Shown here: piece after piece, positions 18,449 to 26,787 of the stretch | How positions within the stretch are numbered: the stretch's first letter is position 1 | Layout of the letters: each line of letters starts with the position of its first letter | Assembly: GCA_017960745.1 (NCBI GenBank) | Contig: JAGCYN010000049.1 | Location: 1 to 32,540, forward strand | Length of the DNA stretch: 32,540 nt | Direction: 5' to 3' | Origin: Alphaproteobacteria bacterium | Lineage (GTDB): Bacteria > Pseudomonadota > Alphaproteobacteria > RF32 > CAG-239 | Translations under genes and position numbers: made by a program | Notes under the pieces: model-generated | Told to the model about the DNA's origin: nothing | Database searches by the model: none | What the model saw: the letters and a program-made list of their open reading frames with translations, nothing else

Positions 18449-19225
18449 ATGCAACAAAAGAAAACATTTAAAATGGTCGGTCTGTTTGTCCTTATCGGGT
18501 TCTTGGGATTAGGATCAATTATTTCGTATTATGTGCGTAAACAATTTGAAACCAATGATGAAGATTTGGTTGTGATGTATTTTGAAGAATCGATCCGCGG
18601 CTTAAATGTCGGCTCATCGGTGGTGTTTAAGGGTGTTGAAATCGGTAAAGTTGCTAAAATTAAATTGCTCATGAATTTAAAAGAAGGAACGTTTAAAACC
18701 GTTGTTTTTGTGAATGTTGAGGGTAATGAAAAGATTGTCAGCCGTCTGGATACCGCCGAATGGGAAGATTATATGCTCGACAATATGATTGAGAAAGGAC
18801 TGCGCGCCCAACTGATCAGCGCCAATTATTTGACCGGTCAGTTAATGATTGAACTGGTAATGGTTCCGGAATCAAAGATTGAAATGCGCGGTGATGGAAA
18901 ATATGCGGAAATTCCGACCATACTTTCGCCGTTTGCCGCTATCTCCAATGATTTGAAAGAAGTCCCGTTGCGTGAAAGTTTAATCCGGTTCGGTAACATT
19001 TTGAAAGATGTTGAAGATAATTTGCCGCAAATTTTGGAAAACACAACGCAAATTACGCAACGGATAAATACGGTGTTAGATAAGAAATCGGGAGAGACTT
19101 CGAAGTCGATGAACAGCTTTAATTCGGCGATGGAAGAAATCAGTAAGACCAGCCATTCGATTAAGAATTTGATGGATTATTTGGAACGCCATCCGGAAGC
19201 TTTGTTAAGAGGAAAGGATAAATAA
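18449..19225 (+). CDS. Single-MCE-domain substrate-binding protein (MlaD/PqiB-like)
   Basis: N-terminal TM helix MVGLFVLIGFLGLGSII. MCE core YFEESIRGLNVGSSVVFKGVEIGKVAKIKL. A helical C-terminal extension follows. Confidence 0.85.
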   Translation: MQQKKTFKMVGLFVLIGFLGLGSIISYYVRKQFETNDEDLVVMYFEESIRGLNVGSSVVFKGVEIGKVAKIKLLMNLKEGTFKTVVFVNVEGNEKIVSRLDTAEWEDYMLDNMIEKGLRAQLISANYLTGQLMIELVMVPESKIEMRGDGKYAEIPTILSPFAAISNDLKEVPLRESLIRFGNILKDVEDNLPQILENTTQITQRINTVLDKKSGETSKSMNSFNSAMEEISKTSHSIKNLMDYLERHPEALLRGKDK

Positions 19226-19226
19226 T

Positions 19227-19790
19227 ATGAAAAAGTTTATTTGTGGAATTTTCTTGGTTTTATGTGCGTGCAGTTTTCGCTCGCCTGATGCAACTTTTTA
19301 CATGATGAGCAGCCAAAATCTTGAGCCGGTGTCAAAACGTCAAATCAGTGTGGCGGTGGCGCGGATAAAAGTTCCCGAATTGCTCTCGCGTTCACAAATG
19401 GTTGTATATGAAAGCGGAAGCGATGAAGTGCAGATTATGGAATTTAATCGTTGGGGCGAAGCCTTTCCGGATATGTTGCAAGCAACCGTTACCAACGATT
19501 TAATCGCATATTTGCCGAATGCGTTTGTTAAACGCACCTATTTTGACAACGGTAAAATGTCGTACAGCGTGAATATCGAAATTAATAACCTTCAAACATA
19601 TTCGAACGGTAAAGTTGTCCTTTCGGCATGGTGGAATATTGCCAATGCTTCCGGATATGTTATCAAACGTCAGCAAGTTTCTTATCAGGCTGAAGCCAAA
19701 GGTAAAAACACGCAGGATTTGGTTAATGCTCAAAGCGAAGTCGTTCACCAAATGTCGCACGGCATTGCCGAAGCATTAGCTAAGCTTTAG
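19227..19790 (+). CDS. PqiC/YmbA-like auxiliary lipoprotein (DUF330, COG3218)
   Basis: Lipobox LCA|C (MKKFICGIFLVLCAC) followed by ...FYMM. Size and position directly after the MCE gene are typical of this family. Confidence 0.7.
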   Translation: MKKFICGIFLVLCACSFRSPDATFYMMSSQNLEPVSKRQISVAVARIKVPELLSRSQMVVYESGSDEVQIMEFNRWGEAFPDMLQATVTNDLIAYLPNAFVKRTYFDNGKMSYSVNIEINNLQTYSNGKVVLSAWWNIANASGYVIKRQQVSYQAEAKGKNTQDLVNAQSEVVHQMSHGIAEALAKL

Positions 19791-19793
19791 TCT

Positions 19794-20432
19794 TTATGAA
19801 GTTTTTTTATCTTTGCAATGGCAATATTCGGAAATCGGGCATTTGTCACAGAGAGGTTTTTGTGCCTTGCAAACATAGCGTCCGAACAACACCAGCCAGT
19901 GATTGGTATTTTTGACTAATTCCGGCGGTAGAACAGCCATTAAATCTTTTTCCACTTCCAACGGGGTTTTGCTGCGGCTGAAGTCCAAGCGATGGGCAAT
20001 CCGCATTACATGGGTGTCAACCGCCAGCGTCGGTTGATTATGCCAAACATTCATCACCACATTGGCGGTTTTGCGACCGACGCCGGCCAGCGTGGTCAGC
20101 ACATCGCGGTCGGCCGGCACTTCGCCGTTATAATCGTCAACCAATTGTCGGCTGAGCGCCATAATATTTTTGGCCTTGTTGTTAAACAAACCGATGGTTT
20201 TGATGTAACCTTTTAATTTTTCTTCGCCCAAACTCAGCATTTTTTGCGGTGTATCGGCAACTTGAAACAGCTTTTCGGTTGCTTTATTGACGCCTTTATC
20301 GGTACTTTGCGCTGAGAGAACGACCGCCACCAACAAAGTATAGGGATTATGGAAATTCAGCTCGCATTGCGGATTGGGATTTTCTTGTTGGAAAATCCGC
20401 ATAATTTCGAGGATTTCAGCTTTTTTACGCAT
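19794..20432 (-). CDS. nth: Endonuclease III (DNA glycosylase/AP lyase)
   Basis: HhH-GPD motif LAGVGRKTANVV, VDTHV, and the 4Fe-4S ligands CKAQKPLCDKCPISEYC (C-x6-C-x2-C-x5-C). Confidence 0.95.
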   Translation of the reverse strand: MRKKAEILEIMRIFQQENPNPQCELNFHNPYTLLVAVVLSAQSTDKGVNKATEKLFQVADTPQKMLSLGEEKLKGYIKTIGLFNNKAKNIMALSRQLVDDYNGEVPADRDVLTTLAGVGRKTANVVMNVWHNQPTLAVDTHVMRIAHRLDFSRSKTPLEVEKDLMAVLPPELVKNTNHWLVLFGRYVCKAQKPLCDKCPISEYCHCKDKKTS

Positions 20433-21508
20433 CAGGCTTTTACCCCGCCGGCGCCCGGTGCTTTCGGCGCAGTTTCATCCAGAGGCCAACGCGGACGCGG
20501 CTTGAAGTCTAAATCATTGGTATAGCCGAGGCGAAAACGTTCCAAGCCGGCCCAAGCTACCATTACCCCGTTATCGGTGCAAAAACGAATCGGCGGTGCG
20601 GCAAAATCCAAATCATGTTTGGCGGCCAATTCTTTTAAGTGATTGCGTAAATAAGTGTTGGAGGCTACGCCGCCGGACACCACCAAATCTTGTCCGTCAG
20701 GATATTTTTGCTTGAAATATTTAATGGCGCGTTCCAGTTTGCGCACCAAACAGTCGGTTGCCGTCATCTGAAAGCAGGCGCAAATATCGGCTACATCCTG
20801 CTTCGGTAAAATGGCGTGTTCGACAATGCCGTCAGCGGTGTAAGATTCAATAATTTTACGGACGGCGGTTTTTAAGCCGGAAAATGAAAGATTACAATCG
20901 CCGGAACCGATAAGCGGTCGCGGCAAAGCAAAACGCGAATCGTCACCGATGGCGGCCATTTTTTCAATCATCGGGCCGCCGGGATACCCGAGTCCGAGCA
21001 TTTTTGCCACTTTATCAAAAGCTTCGCCGGCTGCGTCATCGATGGTGGTGCCGAGGCGTTCGTATTCACCGACATTTTTAACCACCAGAATCTGGCAATG
21101 TCCGCCGGAAACTAAAAGTAACAAATACGGAAATTGTACATCGTTGGAAATGCGGGCACACAGAGCGTGGGCTTCCAGATGATTGACAGCCACAAACGGT
21201 TTATTAAGAGCCAAAGATAAAGCTTTGGCGGTCATCACGCCGACCACCACGCCGCCGATTAAACCCGGACCGGCCGAGGCGGCTACGGCATCAAGCTCAT
21301 TTAAGCTGATGTGGGCGCGTTGCAGACAAATGGATATAATGTCGTCAACGTGTTCCAAATGCGCGCGAGCGGCAATTTCCGGCACCACACCGCCGTATTG
21401 TTTGTGTTCTTCCTGTGATTGCAGCGCTTCGCCCAAAATTTCTTTTTTATCGGTTACAATGGCGGCGCCGGTATCATCACAGCTGCTCTCTATACCTAAA
21501 ATTATCAT
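20432..21508 (-). CDS. tsaD: tRNA N6-adenosine threonylcarbamoyltransferase TsaD
   Basis: ILGIESSCDDTGAAIV, GVVPEIAARAHLE, NHLEAHAL, SGGHCQ and VSGGVASN. I place the start at the ATG at 21508; a TTG at 21520 is the alternative. The stop shares 1 nt with the nth start. Confidence 0.93.
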   Translation of the reverse strand: MIILGIESSCDDTGAAIVTDKKEILGEALQSQEEHKQYGGVVPEIAARAHLEHVDDIISICLQRAHISLNELDAVAASAGPGLIGGVVVGVMTAKALSLALNKPFVAVNHLEAHALCARISNDVQFPYLLLLVSGGHCQILVVKNVGEYERLGTTIDDAAGEAFDKVAKMLGLGYPGGPMIEKMAAIGDDSRFALPRPLIGSGDCNLSFSGLKTAVRKIIESYTADGIVEHAILPKQDVADICACFQMTATDCLVRKLERAIKYFKQKYPDGQDLVVSGGVASNTYLRNHLKELAAKHDLDFAAPPIRFCTDNGVMVAWAGLERFRLGYTNDLDFKPRPRWPLDETAPKAPGAGGVKA

Positions 21509-21603
21509 TTGCGTTTCCAAAAGATTTTCTTTATCTTTAAAGTATTTCGTATTATAAATATATGGCGTAAGTCAGCATCAAATGTCAAGAAAAAGGATGA
21601 AAC

Positions 21604-22647
21604 ATGACCAAAAATAATCAGAGTACGGCCTTGAATCAGGCAGAAAACAAAGCAATACCAAGCAATAACAAGGTGGAAGCCCCGAAGAAAAAAAGCAAAT
21701 GGAAACTAAAATTATTTTTGCTGATTGTGATAGCGCTTATCGGCGGCGGTGCGTGGTTAGGATTGCAACTGCAACAACAGTTGCAAAATGTCGATACCGG
21801 CAACAATGACGCGATGACACAGTTGCAAGCCGTATATGAGGCAAAGTTTAAGGAACTTGATGCGCGGGTTAATGATTTGAATTTGGAGGTTTCCCGCCTG
21901 AAAAACAGTGAGCGGGAAGTTGTGGCGTCGACCGATGATCATCACGAAGAATATGAACAACAGTTGGCGGCGCTTGAACACCGTATGGACGAACGTTTTG
22001 CGTCTTTGCAGGCTTCGGCACCGGAGCCGGTGGTGGTTTCAACGGCGGATAAAGAAGTGCGGATGAAGCAAGAAATATTATTGGCGGCCGGATTGATGAC
22101 CGTTCGTGATTTGGCCGAACGGGGACTGCCGTTTGCTTACGAGGCCGAAGTGTTGCAAATTATGGCACAGGGCAATCCGCAAGCGATGAAATATATTGAT
22201 GTGATGCAAAAATATGCCGTATCCGGTATTAAAGGTAAAAAAATGCTGATTAAAGAGTTTAACCATATATATCCGCATTTGTCGGCTCAGGAACAGCCGG
22301 CGCCGGAACAAGCCGCCGTTGCGGAAAGCGAAACGCAGGAAGAATGGTGGAATAAGTTTCCGAAGATGGCACTGCAATGGTTAAGAAATTTGTTCGCCAG
22401 CAAAAAGACAGTTGAAACACCGGTTTTGGATCAGAAAGAAGATGTGGTTTATGAACTGGTGAACGACGGCGATTTGGCGGCGGCACTCAACGAATTGAGT
22501 ACCAATGTGATTTATGCACAACTGATGAACGGTGTTTTATATCAATGGACCGTTCAGGTTCGCGGTTATTTGGAATTTGAAAACGCTGCCAGCGGTTTGT
22601 TGATGAACGCTTTGGCAAATTTGCATTTGAAAGAAATGGAGCACTAA
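21604..22647 (+). CDS. Mic60/mitofilin-like (HemX-like) membrane protein: N-terminal TM helix, coiled coil, conserved C-terminal domain
   Basis: TM helix LFLLIVIALIGGGAWLGL, then a Q/E/L-rich coiled coil. The C-terminal VNDGDLAAALNELS....YQWTVQVRGYLEFENAASGLLMNAL fits the alphaproteobacterial Mic60 C-terminal pattern (..GDL..A..EL......W...A..R......L..L), from memory. Divergent from tsaD. Confidence 0.55.
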   Translation: MTKNNQSTALNQAENKAIPSNNKVEAPKKKSKWKLKLFLLIVIALIGGGAWLGLQLQQQLQNVDTGNNDAMTQLQAVYEAKFKELDARVNDLNLEVSRLKNSEREVVASTDDHHEEYEQQLAALEHRMDERFASLQASAPEPVVVSTADKEVRMKQEILLAAGLMTVRDLAERGLPFAYEAEVLQIMAQGNPQAMKYIDVMQKYAVSGIKGKKMLIKEFNHIYPHLSAQEQPAPEQAAVAESETQEEWWNKFPKMALQWLRNLFASKKTVETPVLDQKEDVVYELVNDGDLAAALNELSTNVIYAQLMNGVLYQWTVQVRGYLEFENAASGLLMNALANLHLKEMEH

Positions 22648-22653
22648 AGAATT

Positions 22654-24039
22654 ATGGCGGATATTGAAGCAATTTGGCAGCGGCTTTATGAATGCGCGCC
22701 GCTGCAGTTGGAAAAAATTGCCGAAGTCAAAACGGCGGCAACAGCGTTTAATACCAATATTGATGCGGTTTTACGCATTAAAGGCGATAAGATAGCCGCG
22801 TTGGCACAGCAAGTCGGTCTGACGGAAGCAGATTTGCAAAGCAATGATACCGGCTTGGAAAATGAGCGCGACGTGGTGCGCGGGATTATCAAGTGTTTTG
22901 GCAACGGCATTGCCGAAGAGTGGATTGCCGATAAAAAATCGGTCTATGAATGGATGCGCGATAATTTAGGTTATACGCGTCTGCAAATGGGCGGTCAGGG
23001 CGGTATTGTGGCCAATATTTTAGCGGTTACCGGGGTTCGGAAGGTGGTGGCGCATACCAATTCGCATCCGCAGTTGCAGGCTGACCAATTCTTAAAGCTT
23101 GAGAATTTGTTGGGTTTTGATGAAAACGGGACTTTGGCGCCGGCATGTTCAATTAACCGCCAAAACGATGTGCCGCTGATCCATTGGATTATTGAATTTG
23201 CCAAGGGTGACAGTTTCGAATATTTGGGCAAACAATATGTTTGTCCGAAGGCCAATCGCTTTATTGCCACTTATGATCCGGCCAATATGATGCTTAAAAC
23301 CGATGAAAACTTTGTCCGCTATTTGCAGCAAAACGGGTTTGATTATTTGATTTTGTCCGGTTATCACAGCCTGACTTCATTGCATAACGGCGTTAATTTG
23401 GTGCGCGAATCGGCCGAAAATATCAAAATGTGGAAAGCGGCTTGCCCGCGCGGCATTGTTCATCTGGAATTGGCTTCAACGCAAGATAAAATGGTTCGCA
23501 AAGCGATTTTGGAAAAGATTGCGCCGTTGGCGGATTCCATCGGCCTGAATGACAGAGAAGCGCTGGATGCTTTGGAAATTATCAATCCGCAAATGTATGA
23601 ACGTTGCAGTAATGAGCCGCTGACGGCTGCTCAAATGTTTGATATTCTTTATTGTTTGGCGACCGCCTTGAATGTTCAGCGAATTCAGCTGCATATGTTC
23701 GGTTTATACATAACGTTGCAAAAGTTGCGCGGGGTTTTGAGTGCCGAACAAAATCTGCACGGGATGATTTTGGCTGCTGAAATTGCCGCCACCAAGGCCA
23801 TGTCGGGCAAAGTTGACAACTACAATATGTTGCTGGCGGCCAGCGGCGAAAAAATAGAAGTTTCCGTGTTGCAGAATTTAGCGGCACACGTCGGCGGTGA
23901 AGTTTTATTGCAGACCGGTATTTGTCAATATAAGGGTTATGAAGTTATTGCCGTGCCGACGATAATTGTCGAAAAACCGGTTACATTGGTCGGTATGGGC
24001 GATACAATATCTTCGCTGTCGTTGGTCGGTGCCCGATAA
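22654..24039 (+). CDS. ADP-dependent sugar kinase family protein (ADP-glucokinase/phosphofructokinase type, ribokinase superfamily)
   Basis: Motifs are collinear with archaeal ADP-GK/PFK, recalled from Pyrococcus enzymes: AFNTNIDAV, RLQMGGQGGIVANILA, ANRFIATYDPAN, LSGYHSL, VHLELAS, SIGLNDREAL, IQLHMFGLY, AATKAMSG, and the terminal LVGMGDTISSLSLVG (GxGD catalytic Asp). Confidence 0.8.
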   Translation: MADIEAIWQRLYECAPLQLEKIAEVKTAATAFNTNIDAVLRIKGDKIAALAQQVGLTEADLQSNDTGLENERDVVRGIIKCFGNGIAEEWIADKKSVYEWMRDNLGYTRLQMGGQGGIVANILAVTGVRKVVAHTNSHPQLQADQFLKLENLLGFDENGTLAPACSINRQNDVPLIHWIIEFAKGDSFEYLGKQYVCPKANRFIATYDPANMMLKTDENFVRYLQQNGFDYLILSGYHSLTSLHNGVNLVRESAENIKMWKAACPRGIVHLELASTQDKMVRKAILEKIAPLADSIGLNDREALDALEIINPQMYERCSNEPLTAAQMFDILYCLATALNVQRIQLHMFGLYITLQKLRGVLSAEQNLHGMILAAEIAATKAMSGKVDNYNMLLAASGEKIEVSVLQNLAAHVGGEVLLQTGICQYKGYEVIAVPTIIVEKPVTLVGMGDTISSLSLVGAR

Positions 24040-24068
24040 ATTGCGGCAATGCCGCGCAAGAAAAGCGC

Positions 24069-24097
24069 TTGACAGCTTATGTGAATCACAATATAAC
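24069..24097 (+). promoter_or_regulatory. Candidate promoter for valS
   Basis: Consensus TTGACA, a 17-nt spacer, then TATAAC, 30 nt upstream of the valS ATG. A short gcggc-aat-gccgc hairpin precedes it. Confidence 0.5.
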
Positions 24098-24126
24098 GAG
24101 AAAAAATCAATTGGAGAAAGTTAAAA

Positions 24127-26739
24127 ATGTCTTATAAGAGCACTAAAAGTCTGGATAATCGTATGGATTTGCCGGAAATTGAAAACCGCTGCAAATCTTT
24201 TTGGGCGGAAAATAATACTTATCGCTATGACAATAGCAGAAGCAGAGAAGAAACATTCGTGATTGATACACCGCCGCCGACGGTATCGGGCTCGTTGCAT
24301 ATCGGTCATATTTTCAGCTACACGCAAACAGATGTGATTGCGCGCTATCAGCGTATGAGCGGAAAAACAGTTTTTTATCCGATTGGTTGGGATGATAACG
24401 GTTTGCCGACGGAACGTCGCGTTCAAAACTATTACAACATTACCTGTAATCCGAGTTTGCCGTATGACCCGAATTTTAAGCCGGAACATAACGAGCAGGA
24501 CAAATCGCCGCGCAAAGAAGTTTCTCGTAAGAATTTCATAGAAGCTTGTGAAACGCTGACATCTTCCGATGAAATTGTTTTTGAAAACGTGTTCAAAAAC
24601 ATCGGTCATTCGTATGACTGGAATATCAAATATACCACCATCGGCGCCGGCAGTATTAAAGTTTCACAGGAATCGTTTATTGATTTGTATGAAAAAGGTG
24701 AATTGCATTTAATGGAATCACCGACGATGTGGGATGTTACATTCCAATCCGCCATTGCGCAGGCTGAAGTTGAAGATAAGGAAATTCAAGGCTTTTTCCA
24801 TGATATTAAATTCCCGATTGAAGGGACCGACGACTATGTGGTTATTGCCACCACCCGTCCGGAATTTTTACCGGCTTGTATTTCAATCGTGGCGCATCCG
24901 GATGATGAAAGATATAAAAAATATTTCGGCAAAAAAGTGCTGGTTCCGTTGTTTGATACGCCGGTTGAAATTGTGGCTTCCGACCACGCCGAAATGGATA
25001 AGGGTACCGGTATCATGATGGTTTGTACGTTCGGTGATGCGGCCGATGTGGCTTGGTGGAAGCAAACCGGTTTGCCGTTAAAGCAAATTATCGGTTTGGA
25101 CGGCTGCCTGCTGGATGTTGAGTTCGGTAAGGGGGCGTTTGTTTCCAACAATCCGGAAAGAGCCAACGGTTTTTATAAGCAACTGGCCGGTTTGAGCACC
25201 AAACAGGCTCGCGAGAAAATTGTTCAGTTGTTGCGTGAAAACAACTATTTGGCATGCGAGCCGCGGCCGTTGACACATACCGTTAAATTTTACGAAAAAG
25301 GCAATTTGCCGCTGGAATTTGTGACTTCAAGACAATGGTTTATTACGCTTCAAGATAAAAAAGACGCGATGGTGGCAATGGGTCGGAAAATTAAATGGAA
25401 ACCTGAACACATGCAGTATCGCTATGAAGAATGGGTGAGGGGCTTAAACCAGGATTGGTGCATTTCAAGACAACGTTTCTTCGGCGTTCCGTTCCCGGTT
25501 TGGTACAAACTCGATGACAAGGGCAATGCTGACTACGAACATCCGATGCTTGCCGACAGAAGCCAACTGCCGGTTGATCCGATGATAGATTGCCCGAAAG
25601 GCTACACGGAAGCCCAGCGCGGTCAGCCGAACGGCTTTATCGGCGATAAGGATATTATGGATACATGGGCAACATCGTCCTTAACACCGCAAATTGCGCT
25701 TGAAGCGGCTGAGAGCGACAAACTCGGTTTGCCGTTTGATATTCGTCCGCAAGCACATGATATTATTCGTACATGGGCGTTTTATACCATTGCTAAAGCC
25801 ATGATGCATGAAAACACCATCCCGTGGAAAGAAATTTTAATCAGCGGCTGTATTTTGGATCCGGACCGCAAGAAGATGTCCAAATCTAAAGGTAATGTGG
25901 TTACGCCGCAGCATTTGATTGACACTTACGGCGCCGATTCCATTCGTTATTGGGCATCACGCGCGCGCTTGGGCGTTGATACGGCGTTTGAAGAGCAGAT
26001 TATGGCTCAGGGCAAAAAGCTGGTTAATAAGATTTTCAACGCCAGCAAGTTTGTGTTTACCATTGTGGAAAACAGCAAGCTGAACGGTGTTTCCGATTAC
26101 AGAAAATTTATTACGGAGCCGCTGGATAAAGCATGGCAAAGCAAGATTTATGCCATGGTTAAGCAGGCAACGGAATCTTTTTCAACACATGATTACGCCA
26201 CGGCTTTGGATGTGATTGAAAAACGTTTCTGGGACTTTTGCGATAATTATCTGGAAATTGTGAAGAAACGCGCTTATGCGCCGGAAGATTGCTCGGCCGT
26301 TGCCTCGCTGATGGAAACGATTGATACGTTTTTACGCGTGTTTGCGCCGTTCTGTCCGTTCATTACCGAAGAAGTTTATCAGGCTCGTCCGTGGGCGGCT
26401 GCAACGGATAAAGTATCGCTTCATAATGTGATGTGGCCGCAGAGCAGTGAATATGCGGATATAGCTAATGCCGACGGTGCTTTGTATGACGCCGTTTCGG
26501 CGATTACGGCAGAAATCAGAAAGGCTAAGACAGCGGCCAATGTTTCGCAAAGAACACAAGTTCAGAAAGCCGTGATTGCGGCACCTGATGCTTCACTTAA
26601 CCTGATTAAAGAGGGTTTGGTTGATATTCGGAACGTTTGCGGCTTGCAGGAAAATGCTTTGAGCTTTGTTTCGGCAGCAGAATTGGCGGTTAATGATATT
26701 GAATTGGATTTAACCGAATTACCGCAGAAAGCTTCCTAA
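24127..26739 (+). CDS. valS: Valine--tRNA ligase, short archaeal/actinobacterial-like type
   Basis: PPPTVSGSLHIGHIFSYTQTDVIARYQRMSGKTVFYPIGWDDNGLPTERRVQ (HIGH region), KMSKSKGN, and the CP1 editing region. At 870 aa it has no long C-terminal coiled coil. Confidence 0.93.
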   Translation: MSYKSTKSLDNRMDLPEIENRCKSFWAENNTYRYDNSRSREETFVIDTPPPTVSGSLHIGHIFSYTQTDVIARYQRMSGKTVFYPIGWDDNGLPTERRVQNYYNITCNPSLPYDPNFKPEHNEQDKSPRKEVSRKNFIEACETLTSSDEIVFENVFKNIGHSYDWNIKYTTIGAGSIKVSQESFIDLYEKGELHLMESPTMWDVTFQSAIAQAEVEDKEIQGFFHDIKFPIEGTDDYVVIATTRPEFLPACISIVAHPDDERYKKYFGKKVLVPLFDTPVEIVASDHAEMDKGTGIMMVCTFGDAADVAWWKQTGLPLKQIIGLDGCLLDVEFGKGAFVSNNPERANGFYKQLAGLSTKQAREKIVQLLRENNYLACEPRPLTHTVKFYEKGNLPLEFVTSRQWFITLQDKKDAMVAMGRKIKWKPEHMQYRYEEWVRGLNQDWCISRQRFFGVPFPVWYKLDDKGNADYEHPMLADRSQLPVDPMIDCPKGYTEAQRGQPNGFIGDKDIMDTWATSSLTPQIALEAAESDKLGLPFDIRPQAHDIIRTWAFYTIAKAMMHENTIPWKEILISGCILDPDRKKMSKSKGNVVTPQHLIDTYGADSIRYWASRARLGVDTAFEEQIMAQGKKLVNKIFNASKFVFTIVENSKLNGVSDYRKFITEPLDKAWQSKIYAMVKQATESFSTHDYATALDVIEKRFWDFCDNYLEIVKKRAYAPEDCSAVASLMETIDTFLRVFAPFCPFITEEVYQARPWAAATDKVSLHNVMWPQSSEYADIANADGALYDAVSAITAEIRKAKTAANVSQRTQVQKAVIAAPDASLNLIKEGLVDIRNVCGLQENALSFVSAAELAVNDIELDLTELPQKAS

Positions 26740-26755
26740 AACTTTCTTGAGATGT

Positions 26756-26787
26756 AAAAAAAAGACCGCCGAAGCGGTCTTTTTTTT
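26756..26787. terminator. Bidirectional rho-independent terminator
   Basis: A8, then gaccgc-cgaa-gcggtc, then T8, between valS (+) and the convergent His-rich protein gene (-). Confidence 0.85.

Noticed and set aside
24121-24609. 162-aa minus-strand ORF antisense to the valS 5' region. The ORFs at 21183-21557 (+) and 31000-31404 (+) are similar cases.
   Set aside because: All are antisense to well-supported CDSs and lack RBSs and recognisable motifs.
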